Source: Raillietiella orientalis
Lineage: Eukaryota
Length of the DNA: 27,261 nt
Assembly (NCBI GenBank): GCA_036172245.1
Contig: JAYWIR010000074.1
Coordinates: forward strand, 372,001 to 399,261
Reading direction: 5' to 3'
The notes under the pieces were generated by a model that saw only the letters and a program-made list of their open reading frames with translations, had not been told where the DNA came from and did no database searches. Below, one piece after another: positions 9,022 to 20,353 of this stretch. The number at the start of each line of letters is the position of its first letter. Position 1 is the stretch's first letter. A program made the position numbers and the translations under genes.

Positions 9022-10700
9022 CTTCTCCTTGGCCAATGTTGCCATGCGCCCGAGCAGTAGGCCGCATCTTCGCATCTTCCGGCCACGGCTCAGAAGAAAA
9101 CACGCGAGTCCATCGCACAAGGACACACGGCTGACCAGGAGGCAGGACGTAGTGCACCAAGGGGTGCTCCACATCTTCGCTGCGATGGCGAGGGTTCGCC
9201 ACCGCAGCTGGATTTCCACGCGCTCCAGCGTCAGGAGGCCAAGACCGCCGTCTCGACGCGGAGCGCACAAGTCCTTCAGTGGGACTCGGAGCCTACCCTT
9301 GCCACAAAGGGCGATACGGAGGAGGTCCTTCGTCCTCTTCTTGAATTCCACGGTGGGAAGGCAAACAAAAAGCAAGGGGCGGAGGATGGAGGCCGCGAAG
9401 GCGTTCCAAACTGCGGCTCGTTCCGGCAAGTGAAACTTTTTTTCAAGGAACGGGCCGATCGCCGTCTCGACTCTTTGGAGGCAGCTGGATAACGCTTCCG
9501 CAGGGGAGTAGTCCCAGAACGGTACACCAAGGTACTTGAAGCACCTCGCCGTGGGGATTCCCAGACGGATCCTTTCCTGCTGCCCTGCCTACGCCGCACC
9601 TATTGGCACAACCGACGACTTCGCCCTGTTAACCTGCAGTCCTGTCCCGCGGCTGAGCAGATCGAAGAAATCTCCGACCGCCTTTGCCGGGGTGGACGTT
9701 GGCAACAAGAGCAGGAGATCGTCTGCGTACGCTGCAAGGGCGGGCGTGCCGGGGCACGAGCTCGGCAATGGGGCCAGAGTCACCTTGTACGCTTTCAGCA
9801 TCAACACAAAGTAGGTGCTGAAGAGCAGGGGACTGAGGCTATCTCCCCGCCTTATGCCCCGCCGCACCGGCACGCCATGCGCCTTGTGACCGCTGAAAGA
9901 TACGGTAATTATCGCATTCCGCCAGCAAGAGCGCAGGTAGGAAATCAGGGGGGAGAAAAGCCCATGCGACCCAGGAGCTCCAAGAGGAGTTCCTGGTCTA
10001 CACAGTCGAACGCCTTGTGGAGATCGACGGCGAGCGCTAGGGCCCCCTATCCCGCCCGGGGGTCCCTTCCCAGCCCAGCTGGCGGCCCCAATGTGGGGTT
10101 GCCGACTTTCCCTATCCCTTTCTTTTCTCTTCTCTGCAGGTGCACCCATGTGCTTGCGAAGAAGAGGTTGCAATTAATACTTCGCCCGGGAACAGCATAA
10201 GTCTGCTCCGGGCTAATTACGGATTCTACCACCTGTTCCAGACGCGAAGCCCATTGCCCTGCTATCAACTTGGGGTCCGTATTCACGATCGTTATCGGAC
10301 GCCAGTTCTTTAAATCCCTGAGGTCTCCCCCTTTCGGGAGGAGCCTCACTCTGGCTGACCGAAACGAGGCGGGAACATCGCCTTCCTCTCGGATCAGCCT
10401 GATCAACTTAAGCAGCAGGGCTGCCAGCTCTTCCGCGAAGCTCTGAAAGAACTCCGCGGGCAAGCCGTCTTCTCCTGGAGCTTTACGTCTCTTGAGCTTT
10501 TGATACCGGCGAGAATTTCGCCGGTGGTAAAAGGCTCGTCGAGGCTTTCCATCTCCTCCTCCCCTATTGCCGGGGCGCCATCCGGAAGCAAGCGCCGAGA
10601 AGCGCCTCGATCCGGAGGCTCCCTGGCGTAAAGGGAGGAATAAAAACTCCGCACGAGATGCCGTACCAACGCCGGGGACGAACATTTCTCGCCCTGGTCG
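9022..10700 (-). mobile_element. E4: internal family-A ORF2/RT fragment with frameshifts, highly similar to E2 about 3935-5614 in inverted orientation
   Basis: DQGEKCSSP...KAPGEDG...WRPIT...YADD...LAKE, with the same RT insert (RREKKGIGKVGNPTLGPPAGLGRDPRAG) as E2. Confidence 0.93.
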
Positions 10701-10748
10701 CGACAGCCGGAGCGTTGCCGGAGGGCTCCGGCTGTCGCTCTCCCGAAG
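10700..10748. repeat. Junction filler with a perfect 14-bp inverted repeat, matching E3 ORF1 sequence
   Basis: GCGACAGCCGGAGC(10700-10713)/GCTCCGGCTGTCGC(10725-10738). Matches about 7880-7911 in both orientations. Confidence 0.85.
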
Positions 10749-13472
10749 TTGCGTCCGCCGTGCACCGCGCAGTCAAGCGGTACTACTCGTCCTTGTACGC
10801 GGAAAAGCCCACGGAACGCAGTCTCTCCGATCTGCTTCTTACAACGGGCAACCCTGCTATCGACGAGGAGGAACGCGCCAGATTGGATTGGCGCTTCACG
10901 GCGGAAGAAGTATCATCTGCCATAGCGGGCCTGAAGATGCGTAAGGCGCCTGGGGAGGATGACCTGCCCGCGGAGTACTTTCAGTGCTTCGCGGCGGAGC
11001 TCGTCCCCTTGGTGCTAAGCCTTTCCTCGCTGATACGTGAGACGGGAGATGTTCCTGCTTCTTTCCGCTCAGCAAAGGTGCGGCTCCTGCCGGAAGGCGG
11101 TGATTTGCGCCACCTCCGCAACTGGCGTCCGATCACCTTGGTGAATTTGGAAGTCAAGTTGTTCTCCAGGGTATGGGTCGCGCGCCTAGGGAGAATCGCA
11201 GAGTCCTTGGTAAGTCCGGAGCAAACGTATGCTGTTCCGGGTTGTTCCATGGACGCGAATCTCTTCTTCGCGCGAACATGGTTCGAGCTGCAGCAGCGCG
11301 TGGCGCAGCAGAGCCAGGCAGCCGAAATCGCCGCAGTCAAAGGTGAGCGGCGGTGTTCAAGGCACGATCGATCGCCGGGAGCCTTAGCGGTCGCCGTCGA
11401 TCTCTGCGAAGCGTTCGACAGCGTAAACCAGGACCTCCTTCTGGAGCTTCTGGGACGCCTAGGCCTCCCGACGCATCTCATCGCCTACTTGCGCTCCTGC
11501 TGGCGATACGCGTTACGCTGTATCTCTTTCAGCGGGCGCCACGTATACGGCATTCTTATACGGCGGGGTATCAGGCAGGTAGACAGCTTAAGCCCCCTGC
11601 TCTTCAGCACCTCCTTTGAGTTGATGCTGAGGGCGTACAGGCTAACGCTGGCTACCCTGCCGAGCTCCTGCCCGGGAACCCCGGCCGTGGCCGCCTATGC
11701 TGACGACCTTCTCCTGCTGCTGCCCACGTCCACCCCGGCATCCAGGCTAGAGGACTTCTTCGAGCTAATTCGTCGGGGAGCGGGCCTGAGCGTCAACAGG
11801 ACGAAATCAACCGTTGTACCGATTGGCTCTACGTGGAAGGGGCAGTCCGACTGGATCCGCCTGGGGATTCCCACGGCCAGGTGCTTGAAGTACCTTGGCG
11901 TTCCCTTGTGCGCCTTCTGTCCAGCAGAAGCGTGGTCGGACTGCCTTCACAAGGACGAGACTGCTCTGGGCCCGTTCCAGGGCGGCAGGTTTCTCCTGTT
12001 GGAACGGGCCTTCGTGTGGAACATTTTCGTTTCCCCCCTCCTCCGTCCCCTCTTTTTTGTTTGTCCCCCTCCCTACTCGGCTAAGCGCCGGGCGCAACGC
12101 CTGTTGCGTAACGCCCTGTGGGGACCGGCGAGGTCCAGGATACACCTGAAGAACTTGGCGGCTCCTCGGCGTGAAGCAGGCTTGGGCATCTTGACGCTGG
12201 AGCGGATCGGACTGCTAGTGCAGTTCCGCATGCTGGCACTTTGTGCGCAGCTCTGCACTGCTCGCTGGTGTGCTCCAGCGCGGCTGCTGCTGCGGCACTG
12301 CACGGGTGGCGACGGTCTACGTTCGTTGCATCTGCGCACGGAGCGCGCCCAGAGAGGATTCGGCTTCCCTTTGAAGCAGCTCGCCACGCTTCTGGGAAAG
12401 CATGAGTGGATCTCCTGCCGGCCCACGAACTTCAACGCCTGAAGGCCGGAAGCCTTATCGTGCTAAGCAGCGCAGCAGGATGTGTCCCGTTTGGAACTCC
12501 GTTGCGTGAAACTTTCCCCATACTCTCCAGTGGGGGAGGTGCTGGAAGACCAGGATCAGTGGACACGCCTAGCCGCTACGCCAATCGCCAAAGCACTGTG
12601 TGCACTGATGGTGCGAGATGACAGTGATCTGCCGGCGAGGTGGGAGATCACTTGCGAAATCGCAAGCGAAACCCGACTGCTGGGTGCCTGGCGGACTTGC
12701 AAAGTGGCAGACGCTGCCACACCTTGCATTCTTGCAAAGCGGCTTCTCCAGTGGAGTGAGCTCCTCGGGGTGCCCAGCGATGAACTTGTGGTCCCTTCTG
12801 CGTGTTTGGACGCGACTCTCTTCCCCCTTCGCTGGATACAGGACGCTTTTCTGCTGATGCATTGAGGTTTGTACTGCAACTAGCAGGCGCACCTGATTTC
12901 CGGAAGAGTTGCTTCCCCGAACTGTGCCCAATGCGGAACGGTGGAATCGCTTACGCATTTGCTGCTTGAGTGCGGTGCCCTCCAGGATCTGTGGCGGCGG
13001 CTGTCTTTAGCGCTCCTGCACCCCGGACACACCGCACTGGATTGGATGCGCCGCTTCTACACGCGTGTCGGACTTTCTGTTGGAGCGGTCGTCGCAATCA
13101 TCTGCTGCGTCTGCGCCATTGTCAGGGCCCACCACGTATTGCAGATGCGAGCAGTTCCAACATCGGTCCCCGACACCGCAGCATGCAACCTGTAAATGGC
13201 TGCCGGGTGGCCACATCTTGGAGCAGAAGTGAGGATGGAGATCGTCGGCATTCACCGCCGGTTCTGAGAAGAGGAACGGTTAGACTGTATACCCCTGTGT
13301 CCGCCCTCCCAACCAATTTATTTATTCATTGTCCCACCTCCTCCCGTTCCAAACTCTCAGTGTGCTTGGACTGCGTTCCGAGAAATCCACTCCCCATTTT
13401 CTGTTCCCCTTGCCTGGGAACACAGTTCCCAGTTGATGTTATAATAAACGTCCCGGCGCAACCGGGTAATAA
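10749..13472 (+). mobile_element. E5: 5'-truncated family-B element (RT, CCHC, 3' UTR), with stop codons in the C-terminal part
   Basis: ORF 10658..12442 (WRPIT, DLCEAFD, YADD, YLG), then CAQCGTVESLTHLLLEC and IHRRF* at about 13267. Terminal AATAAA-CGT-CCCGG-CGCAA-CCGGG-TAATAA at 13443-13472. Confidence 0.93.
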
Positions 13473-14680
13473 ACGACAACGCTGCATTCTTTAATTGGCT
13501 CGCTTGCCTGCTGTTTTTTCTGGCGGTATGCGAGCTTTTTCTCCATCCTCCTCTCCTTCTTTGATTTTTTGGCCGTAGCCACCTGGCACCCAGGCTCCTG
13601 GCTTGTTCCCTCCACTTAATCGGCGTTGTTCGCCGGGGTCTCGGGTGAGGCCTGGGTCTTGGGCGCGGGTGGCACAGCAATTGCGGCAGCTTTTGCCGCC
13701 AGCCTTTTCTGCAGAAGCCGGGCGCGTTTTTTAAGGTTTCTCTTGGAAACCACCAGCAGTGCCTCTTTTGAGCACACCTTCCTCGTGTGACCCATTGTGC
13801 CGCATACTTGGCACTGCTCGTTGGGACTCCTCTTTTTGAGGTGGCCCGACGTATTGCAGAAGCCACAGTATTTCGGCTTCCCCACATACCAGAGGTCGAC
13901 GGTTTCGCCTCCGACCTTCAGTTTGTGGGGAAGAGTGCAGCCCTCCCGAAAGGTCACGCGCGCAGACGTAAGGCCGTGTTTGAGCCCCGTGTAGTCCTCG
14001 AAGGGACTAATTTTCGTCCACTGCGCGTGGATCATTTCATATTCTTCCAACACGGCGCGAACCTGTTCCTTGCGCATCCGCGCGTTAACACCCAACAGGT
14101 GGACCACCAAGCTGCGGTCCTCCGTAATAGGGAAGAGCCAGCGCGTCCCCATCACCACGGAAGTTTTAAGCAGTCGTTCCGCCAGCTCTGCTTGTTTGCA
14201 GATGACCTCAACGTACTGACCCCCGCTGCGGATGGTCATAGCGCTGAGATCCTCCTCTTTCACGCTCTTTCACATCGAGAGCGCGCATGCCCTTCGAGAA
14301 GGTGCGCGCGCTCTCTAAAGAATATAAATTGCCTACGTTGTAGAACAATGAGGGGTTGTAACGCTCCTCTACTTAGGCCGACAATTCCGCTGCGGCTGCA
14401 GGCGATGGCGACGAGACAACGGCGCTCCACGCCCGCGCTGCAGCGGGGACAGATTCTGTGGGGGCACATGCCCCCACCTCCATCGCCCCGGGGGGTGACG
14501 TTGCCGCCGCCTCCTAGCTCTCCATCGCCTCTGAAGGCGGCGTTTCCGCTGCCCTTTGGCCATCCCTGGTAATCGCGTCAGGCATCGCTGCCTGATCGAC
14601 CACCGAACCACACGACGCTTGCACTGGGGGAGACTTCCTGGCACGAGGAACACCGAGAAAACACGTCAACCCTGGAGCAC
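13473..14680 (-). mobile_element. E6: family-C element, intact 5' end and frameshifted ORF1; cut at the ORF1 IKECSVV motif by E5
   Basis: 5' end GTGCTCCAGGG, ATG at 14585, CGFCNTSGH and CQVCGTMGHTRKVC. Closely similar to E8 about 19240-20353. Confidence 0.92.
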
Positions 14681-16731
14681 GCAAGGCGTTCGATTGCGTA
14701 AATCAGGATCTCCTGCTGAAGCTCCTAAAACGTCTCTGTCTAACGGTGCACTTCGTAACGTATTTGCGCGCTTGCTGGCGCCACTGGCTCATTTCCATCT
14801 TTTTAACGGCTAACACGTGTACGGCGTGCCGGTGCGGCGGGGCATTAGGCAGGGCAACTGCTTAAGCCCGTTGCTCTTCAGCATCTTCTTTGAGATGGTG
14901 CTGTGGGCGTACAGGATGACGCTGGCCAACCTGCCCAGCCTTTCTCCAGGAACGCCGTCCGTGTCGGCCTATGCTGACGACCTGCATTTCCTCGTACCCA
15001 TGAGCACCCTGGCGTCCAGTCTCGAGGATTTCTTCTAGCTGATTCGCCGGAGAGCGAGCACGAGCGCAAACCGGAGGAAGAGCGTGGTCGTACCTATTAA
15101 TGCGGCGTGGTAGGGGCAGTCCGACTGGATCCGCCTGGGGATCCCTACCGCTCCGTCCACCCAATATCTGGGCGTTCCGCTGGGAAACATCAGCCCAGTG
15201 GAAGTGTGGTCGGACTGCCTTCGGAAGGCTACGAGTGCGCTGAGCCCGTTCCAGCATGGCAAGTTCCTCCTGTCGGAGCAAGTCGCGATATGGAACACCT
15301 TCGTTGCCCCCCTCTTGCGCCCCCTGTTTTTGGTTTGCCCGCCCCCCTACTCGGTAAAGCTCCAGTTGCACAGCCTATTGAATAACGCTCCGTGGGGACC
15401 TTCGAGGTCCAGCATACGCCTCAAACACTTGGAGGCGCCGCGTAGGGATGCTGGTTTGGGCATCCTGACGCTGGACAGAATCGAGCTGCAGGTGCAGCTT
15501 TGAATGTTGGCCATGTGCGCCAACCTTTGGTCCACTCCGTGGTGCGCTCCCGCGCGACCGCTTCTGCGGCGCTGCATAAGCAGCGATGGACTTCTGTCGC
15601 TGCAGCCGCACACGGAGCACCCCACGACAAGTTTCGGTTTACCCTTGAAACCCCTCTACCTGCTCCTGGCAGCCCAGGAATGGATCTCCTGCCGCCCAAC
15701 GAACTTTCAAGCTTGGCGGCAGGAACCGTTGTATGGCTGGGCAAAGCAGCATGATGTTTTCCTCCTGGAACTTCGTTGCGCTAACCTGTCCCCGTATTGC
15801 ACGTTGGACGAGGTGTGCAACAGCCAGGAGAAGTGGGCCCGCCTGGCCGTCAGGCCGCTCGCCGACGCACTGTCAGCCCTCAGGGCAAGAGATGATAGCC
15901 TCGATCCGACGACATGGGAGGTCGCCTGCACCATTGCAGGAGCAACACGACCTATCAGCGTTTGGAGGATTTGCGAGCTGTCAGACGCCGCCACGCCTCG
16001 CCTCATCTAGAAGGGACTCCTTCCGTAGACCGAACACTTCAGTGTGCCCCCCGAAGAACTTGTAGTCCCTTTCTCCTGTTTGAGCACTTCGGTGTTCCCC
16101 CTTTTGTGGAGGCAGGTCGTCATCATGCTGGTGCATTGGGGTTTTCACTGCAACCAGCGGACGAACCGTGTTTCCGAAGGAGTTGTCTCCCCAAACTGTA
16201 AGCGGTGCGGGAAAGTGGAAACTCTCCCGCACCTGCTCCTGGACTGCGGTGCCCTTCCAGCACTCTGGCGGAGGCTGGTCTGAGGTCTCCTGCACCAGGA
16301 AGACACCGCGAGGGACTTGATACGCCGCTTCTTTAAGCCAGGCAGCCTTTCTTTGGGTGCTGTCGTTGCAACTGTGTGTTGCCCCCGCGCCATCAACAAG
16401 GCCCACCGAGAGTTGAAGAAGCTGGCCATCCTTCGTCAGTCCACCAGATTAGCCAGCAGAAACATGTCGTCGGCTGCCGAATGGGCCCATCTGCTACAGG
16501 GCGTTAGGAGAGAGATCGACGGCATCCATCGCCTGTCCCCCGCCTTTCATATTTTTCTTTTATTTTTTTATAGTAGTGTATTTCTGGTCCCTTTCCTCCC
16601 GTTCCGGACTTTCGGCATACCGACCTACGTGTCGGGGTTACAACCTTCTTCCTCTCTTGTTTTCCCCTTTGTCCAGGAACCCTGTTCCCCGATAGTTTAC
16701 AATAAACGCCCTGGCGCAACTGGGTGATAAA
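14681..16731 (+). mobile_element. E7: degenerate family-B ORF2 3' half starting at RT motif KAFDCV, with intact 3' terminus
   Basis: KAFDCVNQDLLL, YGVPVRRGIRQG, AYADD, CKRCGKVETLPHLLLDC; many stops. Terminal AATAAA-CGC-CCTGG-CGCAA-CTGGG-TGATAAA at 16701-16731. Confidence 0.92.
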
Positions 16732-18583
16732 CAGCCGACACTACGCCATCGTGCACGTTCTGCCCGCTGCAAGTAATGTTGATGAGCGCGTCGCGCCAGC
16801 AGGAGCGCAGATAAACCACTGATAAGGCCGAGAAGCGCAAGCGTCCCAAAAGCTCCAGAAGGAGATTCTGGTCGACGCAATCGAATGGTTTCCGCAAGTC
16901 GATTGCGACCGCAAGGGCTCCCTCCCCCACCCGACCATCCAAACCATTGCCGGCGCACGCACCGAAATTCCGGCTGCGCACCAAGCTCCTTTCTTTTTGG
17001 AGCTCTAACCTGGTAGAAGTGTGGAACAGGTTAACCTCCATATTTCTCCCGGGAACAGCATATGCATCTTCCGGGCTGATGAAGATGTTTGCAACCCTTC
17101 CCAACCACTCTGCCGAAACCTTAGCTGTTAGCTTGGCGTCCGCATTCACTATTGTGATGGGACGACAGTTGTTCATGCTCCTCAGGTCTCCTCCCTTAGA
17201 GAGGAACCGCACCTTTGCCGAACGAAAGGAAGCGGGAACGTCACCTCTCTCGCGTATCAGCATGGTGTGTTGATGTACCAGGGATTAAGCTCAGCCGCGA
17301 AAGTTTGGTAAAACACCGCGGGCAGGCTGTCCTCATCTGGAGCCTTGCGCCTTTTGAGCTTTTCGATGGCCGAGAGGATCTCGTCCATCGTGGAAGCCTC
17401 GTCAAGGGTCTTTCTCTTCTCCTCTTTAATCGCTGGAGCGCCCTCCGGAAGCAAGAGTCGTAAAACGTTCCTCTCTAGAGGTGCCCTGGCATACATTAAG
17501 GAGTAGTAACTCCGCAGTAGGCCGCGGATTTGGGCGGTTGCTGAATGCTCCTGGCCCTGATCGTCCAGCACGCTGGCAGATCCGGACTGACAGGCTTGCT
17601 TCTCGGCTCCCGCTTTGTATTTTGTTAGCCTGCGGATGTCGAGGTTTCAGGCGTAACGACGGGCCTGCAGGTAGGCTCGTTCGTTACGGACCCCGGTCCC
17701 AAAACCCGTAGGTAGGCGGTGCAGAGGGAACTGGTCGCAGAACTCCTGGACCGACCGCTAGAAGCGGTCCCAATCCTGGAGTTTCCGCATCCTGAAGCTC
17801 CGTATGAACGTGCGGAGATGTTTCGCCGCGTCCGGGAGCTTTAGCCAGTCCTTTGGGAGATGCCACGCTAACAAGGGGCGCCCCTGTCGCGCGGATGGAT
17901 CTTGAGGACTAGCGGGCGACGGTCGGACAGCTCGCACGGTAGCTGGCCGCGCCTGACCACGCGAGGGCACAAGTGCTCGTCAAGACACACGTGGTCACTG
18001 CTGTCTTCCATCCCCGGTGCACTGGCCAACCATTTACAGGTGTGCAACGCCATGCACACCTCGTTGACCAGGTCACGCTTTGGATACTGCTTATCTGGTT
18101 TTAGGCGAACGTTGAAATTGCCTGCAACCAGATGGCCATTCCGCATTCCTGCTTCGGTCAGCCAGTCTCGCCGGATGGCAAGGAAAACTTTTTCCGCGCC
18201 CTCCTGGTAATCAGGTCCGCGCCGCTCGGTGTGTACACGTTCGTGACGATAAGATCGATCGTGTCAAACCACCTGAGAGTCAGCTGGCTGCCACGACCGT
18301 GATCGTCGAACCGCAAGCCTCGAGCCACGGCCTCGACGGCTGGTCGAAGCAGGTAGGCGACACCGCAACTACTCGATGTCCCACACCGATGCCACAGCCG
18401 CCCTCCATAGATGCGTTCGATCTCTTGTGCTTGTTCTGCAGAGATCACATGGATCTCCAGCAGCAGCGCAAGGTCGTAGGACTCCAGAAGGGCGGCCATG
18501 TCTTGTCTCCTGTCGGCGTCTGTCATGCCGTTCACGTGCCAAACGGCAATGCCCAGACGACGGCAGGAGTAGATTCCCGGCAT
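16732..18583 (-). pseudogene. E8 ORF2 APE plus RT N-terminal half, fragmented
   Basis: Pieces 18158..18583, 17868..18146, 17684..17866, 17257..17571 and 16697..17263. Confidence 0.85.
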
Positions 18584-20258
18584 TACTGCTGGAAAGATTG
18601 AGGTGTGGAAGAGGCCTCCTCCTGCGATGCGGGCGTGATGTCCATGAAGGTTTCGGCCTTCTCAGTCAACTGATGCACCTGATCGGCCTCCACCTCCTCC
18701 ATCCCCTCCATGTCCGCGCGTGGGAGTCTCTCGGGGGAAGGGTGCCGCAAGTTTCGCACGCTCATGGCACACTCGGTTGCGAAAGCCATCTCTTCCCCCT
18801 CGCCAAGGGACACGAGCTTCCTCGGCTTTGTCGACTCAAGTACAGCCTTCTTGCGGGGTGCCGTGGAAACAAAGGCTGCGCTTCCGGCCTCCACCTCGGA
18901 GTCAGAAGAGTGGGACTCCTGAGGGGAGGCCGGGCGCCTTACGGCCTTCTTGCCATCCTTGGAGAGTTCGGGCTGAAACCAGGCAGCAAGTTCCTCCGCG
19001 GCTCGCGCGAAGGCTACGTCATCGATGGTGGTGTCGATGACGGTCGCCGCCGCCGCCTCGCTCCCCTCGCTGTTGACAGAGTCAACAGAGGGGTTGTCGT
19101 CGGTAGCGGCGAGTTCTTCCTGGCAGCGTTCGGCAACATCGAGAACGGGTTTGACGACTACGCTGCACTCTTCAATTATCGCGCTACCCTGTTCTTTCTT
19201 CTTCTGTTGGTAGGCGATTTTTTTTCCCATCCTTCTTTCCTTCTTTGATTTTTTGGCTGTTGTCACTTGCCAACACTTTTTTGGCCGGCTCCCTCAACTT
19301 TTTGGGCGTTGCTCGCCGGGGTCTCGGGTGACGCCTGGGTCTTGGGCGCGGGTGGCACAGCCATTGCGGCAGCTTTCGCCGCCAGCCTTTTTTGCAGAAG
19401 CCGGGCGCGTTTTTTAAGGTTTCTCTTGGAAACCACCAGCAGTGCCTCTTTTGAGCACACCTTCCTCGTGTGACCCATTGTGCCGCATACTTGGCACTGC
19501 TCGTTGGGACACCTCTTTTCGAGGTTGCCCGACGTATTGCAGAAGCCACAGTATTGCGGCTTCCCCACATTCCAGAGGTAAACGGTTTCGCCTTCGACCA
19601 CGAGTATGTGGGAAAGAGTGCAGCCCTCGCGAGCGGTCACGCGCGCAGCCGTGAAGCCGTGTTGCAGCCATGTGTAGTCCTCGAAGGGACTAACTTTTGT
19701 TCACTGCGCGTGGACCATTTCGTATTCTTCCAACGCGGCACGAACCTGTTTCTTGCGCATCCGCGCGGTAACACCTAACAGGTGGACCACCATACTGCGG
19801 TCCGCCGTAATAGGGAAGAGCCAGCGCGTCCCCATCACCACGGAAGTTTTAAGCAGTCGTTGGGCCAGCTCTGCTTGTTTGCAGATGACCTCAACGTACT
19901 GACCCCCGCTGCGGATGGTCATAGCGCTGAGCTCCTCCTCTTTCAGATCGAGAGCGCGCACGCCCTTTGAGAAGGCGCGCGCGCTCTCTCATGTATATAG
20001 ATTGTCTACCTTGTAGAAAAATGAGGGGTTGTACCCCTCCTCTACATGTGCCTACAATTCCGCCGCGGCTGCAGGCGATGGCGCCGACACAGCGGAACTC
20101 CACGCCCGCGCTGCAGCAAGCTTTGCTTCTGTGGGGGCGGACGCTTCCACCCCTATCACTTCTGGGGGCGACGTTGCCGCCGCCCCCTGGCTCTCCATCG
20201 CCTCTAAGGGCGGCTTTGCCGCTGCCCCTTGGTCATCCATGGTGGTCGCGTTAGGCAT
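18583..20258 (-). pseudogene. E8 ORF1 (several frameshifts and stops)
   Basis: Pieces 20052..20408, 19701..19961, 19263..19640 and 18583..19266 are collinear with other ORF1s. Confidence 0.85.
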
Positions 20259-20353
20259 CGCTGCCTGATCGACCACCGAACCACACGACGCTTGCACTGG
20301 GAGAGACTCCCTGGCACGAGGAGCAACGAGAAAACAAGGCCTCCCTGGAGCAC

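Larger units (their letters stand above)
16732..20353 (-). mobile_element. E8: family-C element with intact 5' end, ORF1, APE and N-terminal RT; degenerate; cut in RT by E7
   Basis: 5' end GTGCTCCAGGG; ORF1 from ATG 20258 to 18583; TAATG overlap; ORF2 WHVNG, LLEIH, NVYTP, GNFN, KAPDED, CRPIT, DLRKPFD. Confidence 0.93.

Noticed and set aside
8543..9268. Apparent 241-aa novel protein
   Set aside because: Chimera of out-of-frame E4 ORF2 and in-frame E3 ORF1 across the deletion junction.
10690..10790. L1-style twin-priming 5' inversion
   Set aside because: The two arms are different families and cover the same ORF2 region, rather than consecutive parts of one RNA.
13560..20353. E6/E8 similarity as a segmental duplication
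   Set aside because: Close similarity stops at the element 5' end, and the adjoining hosts belong to different families.
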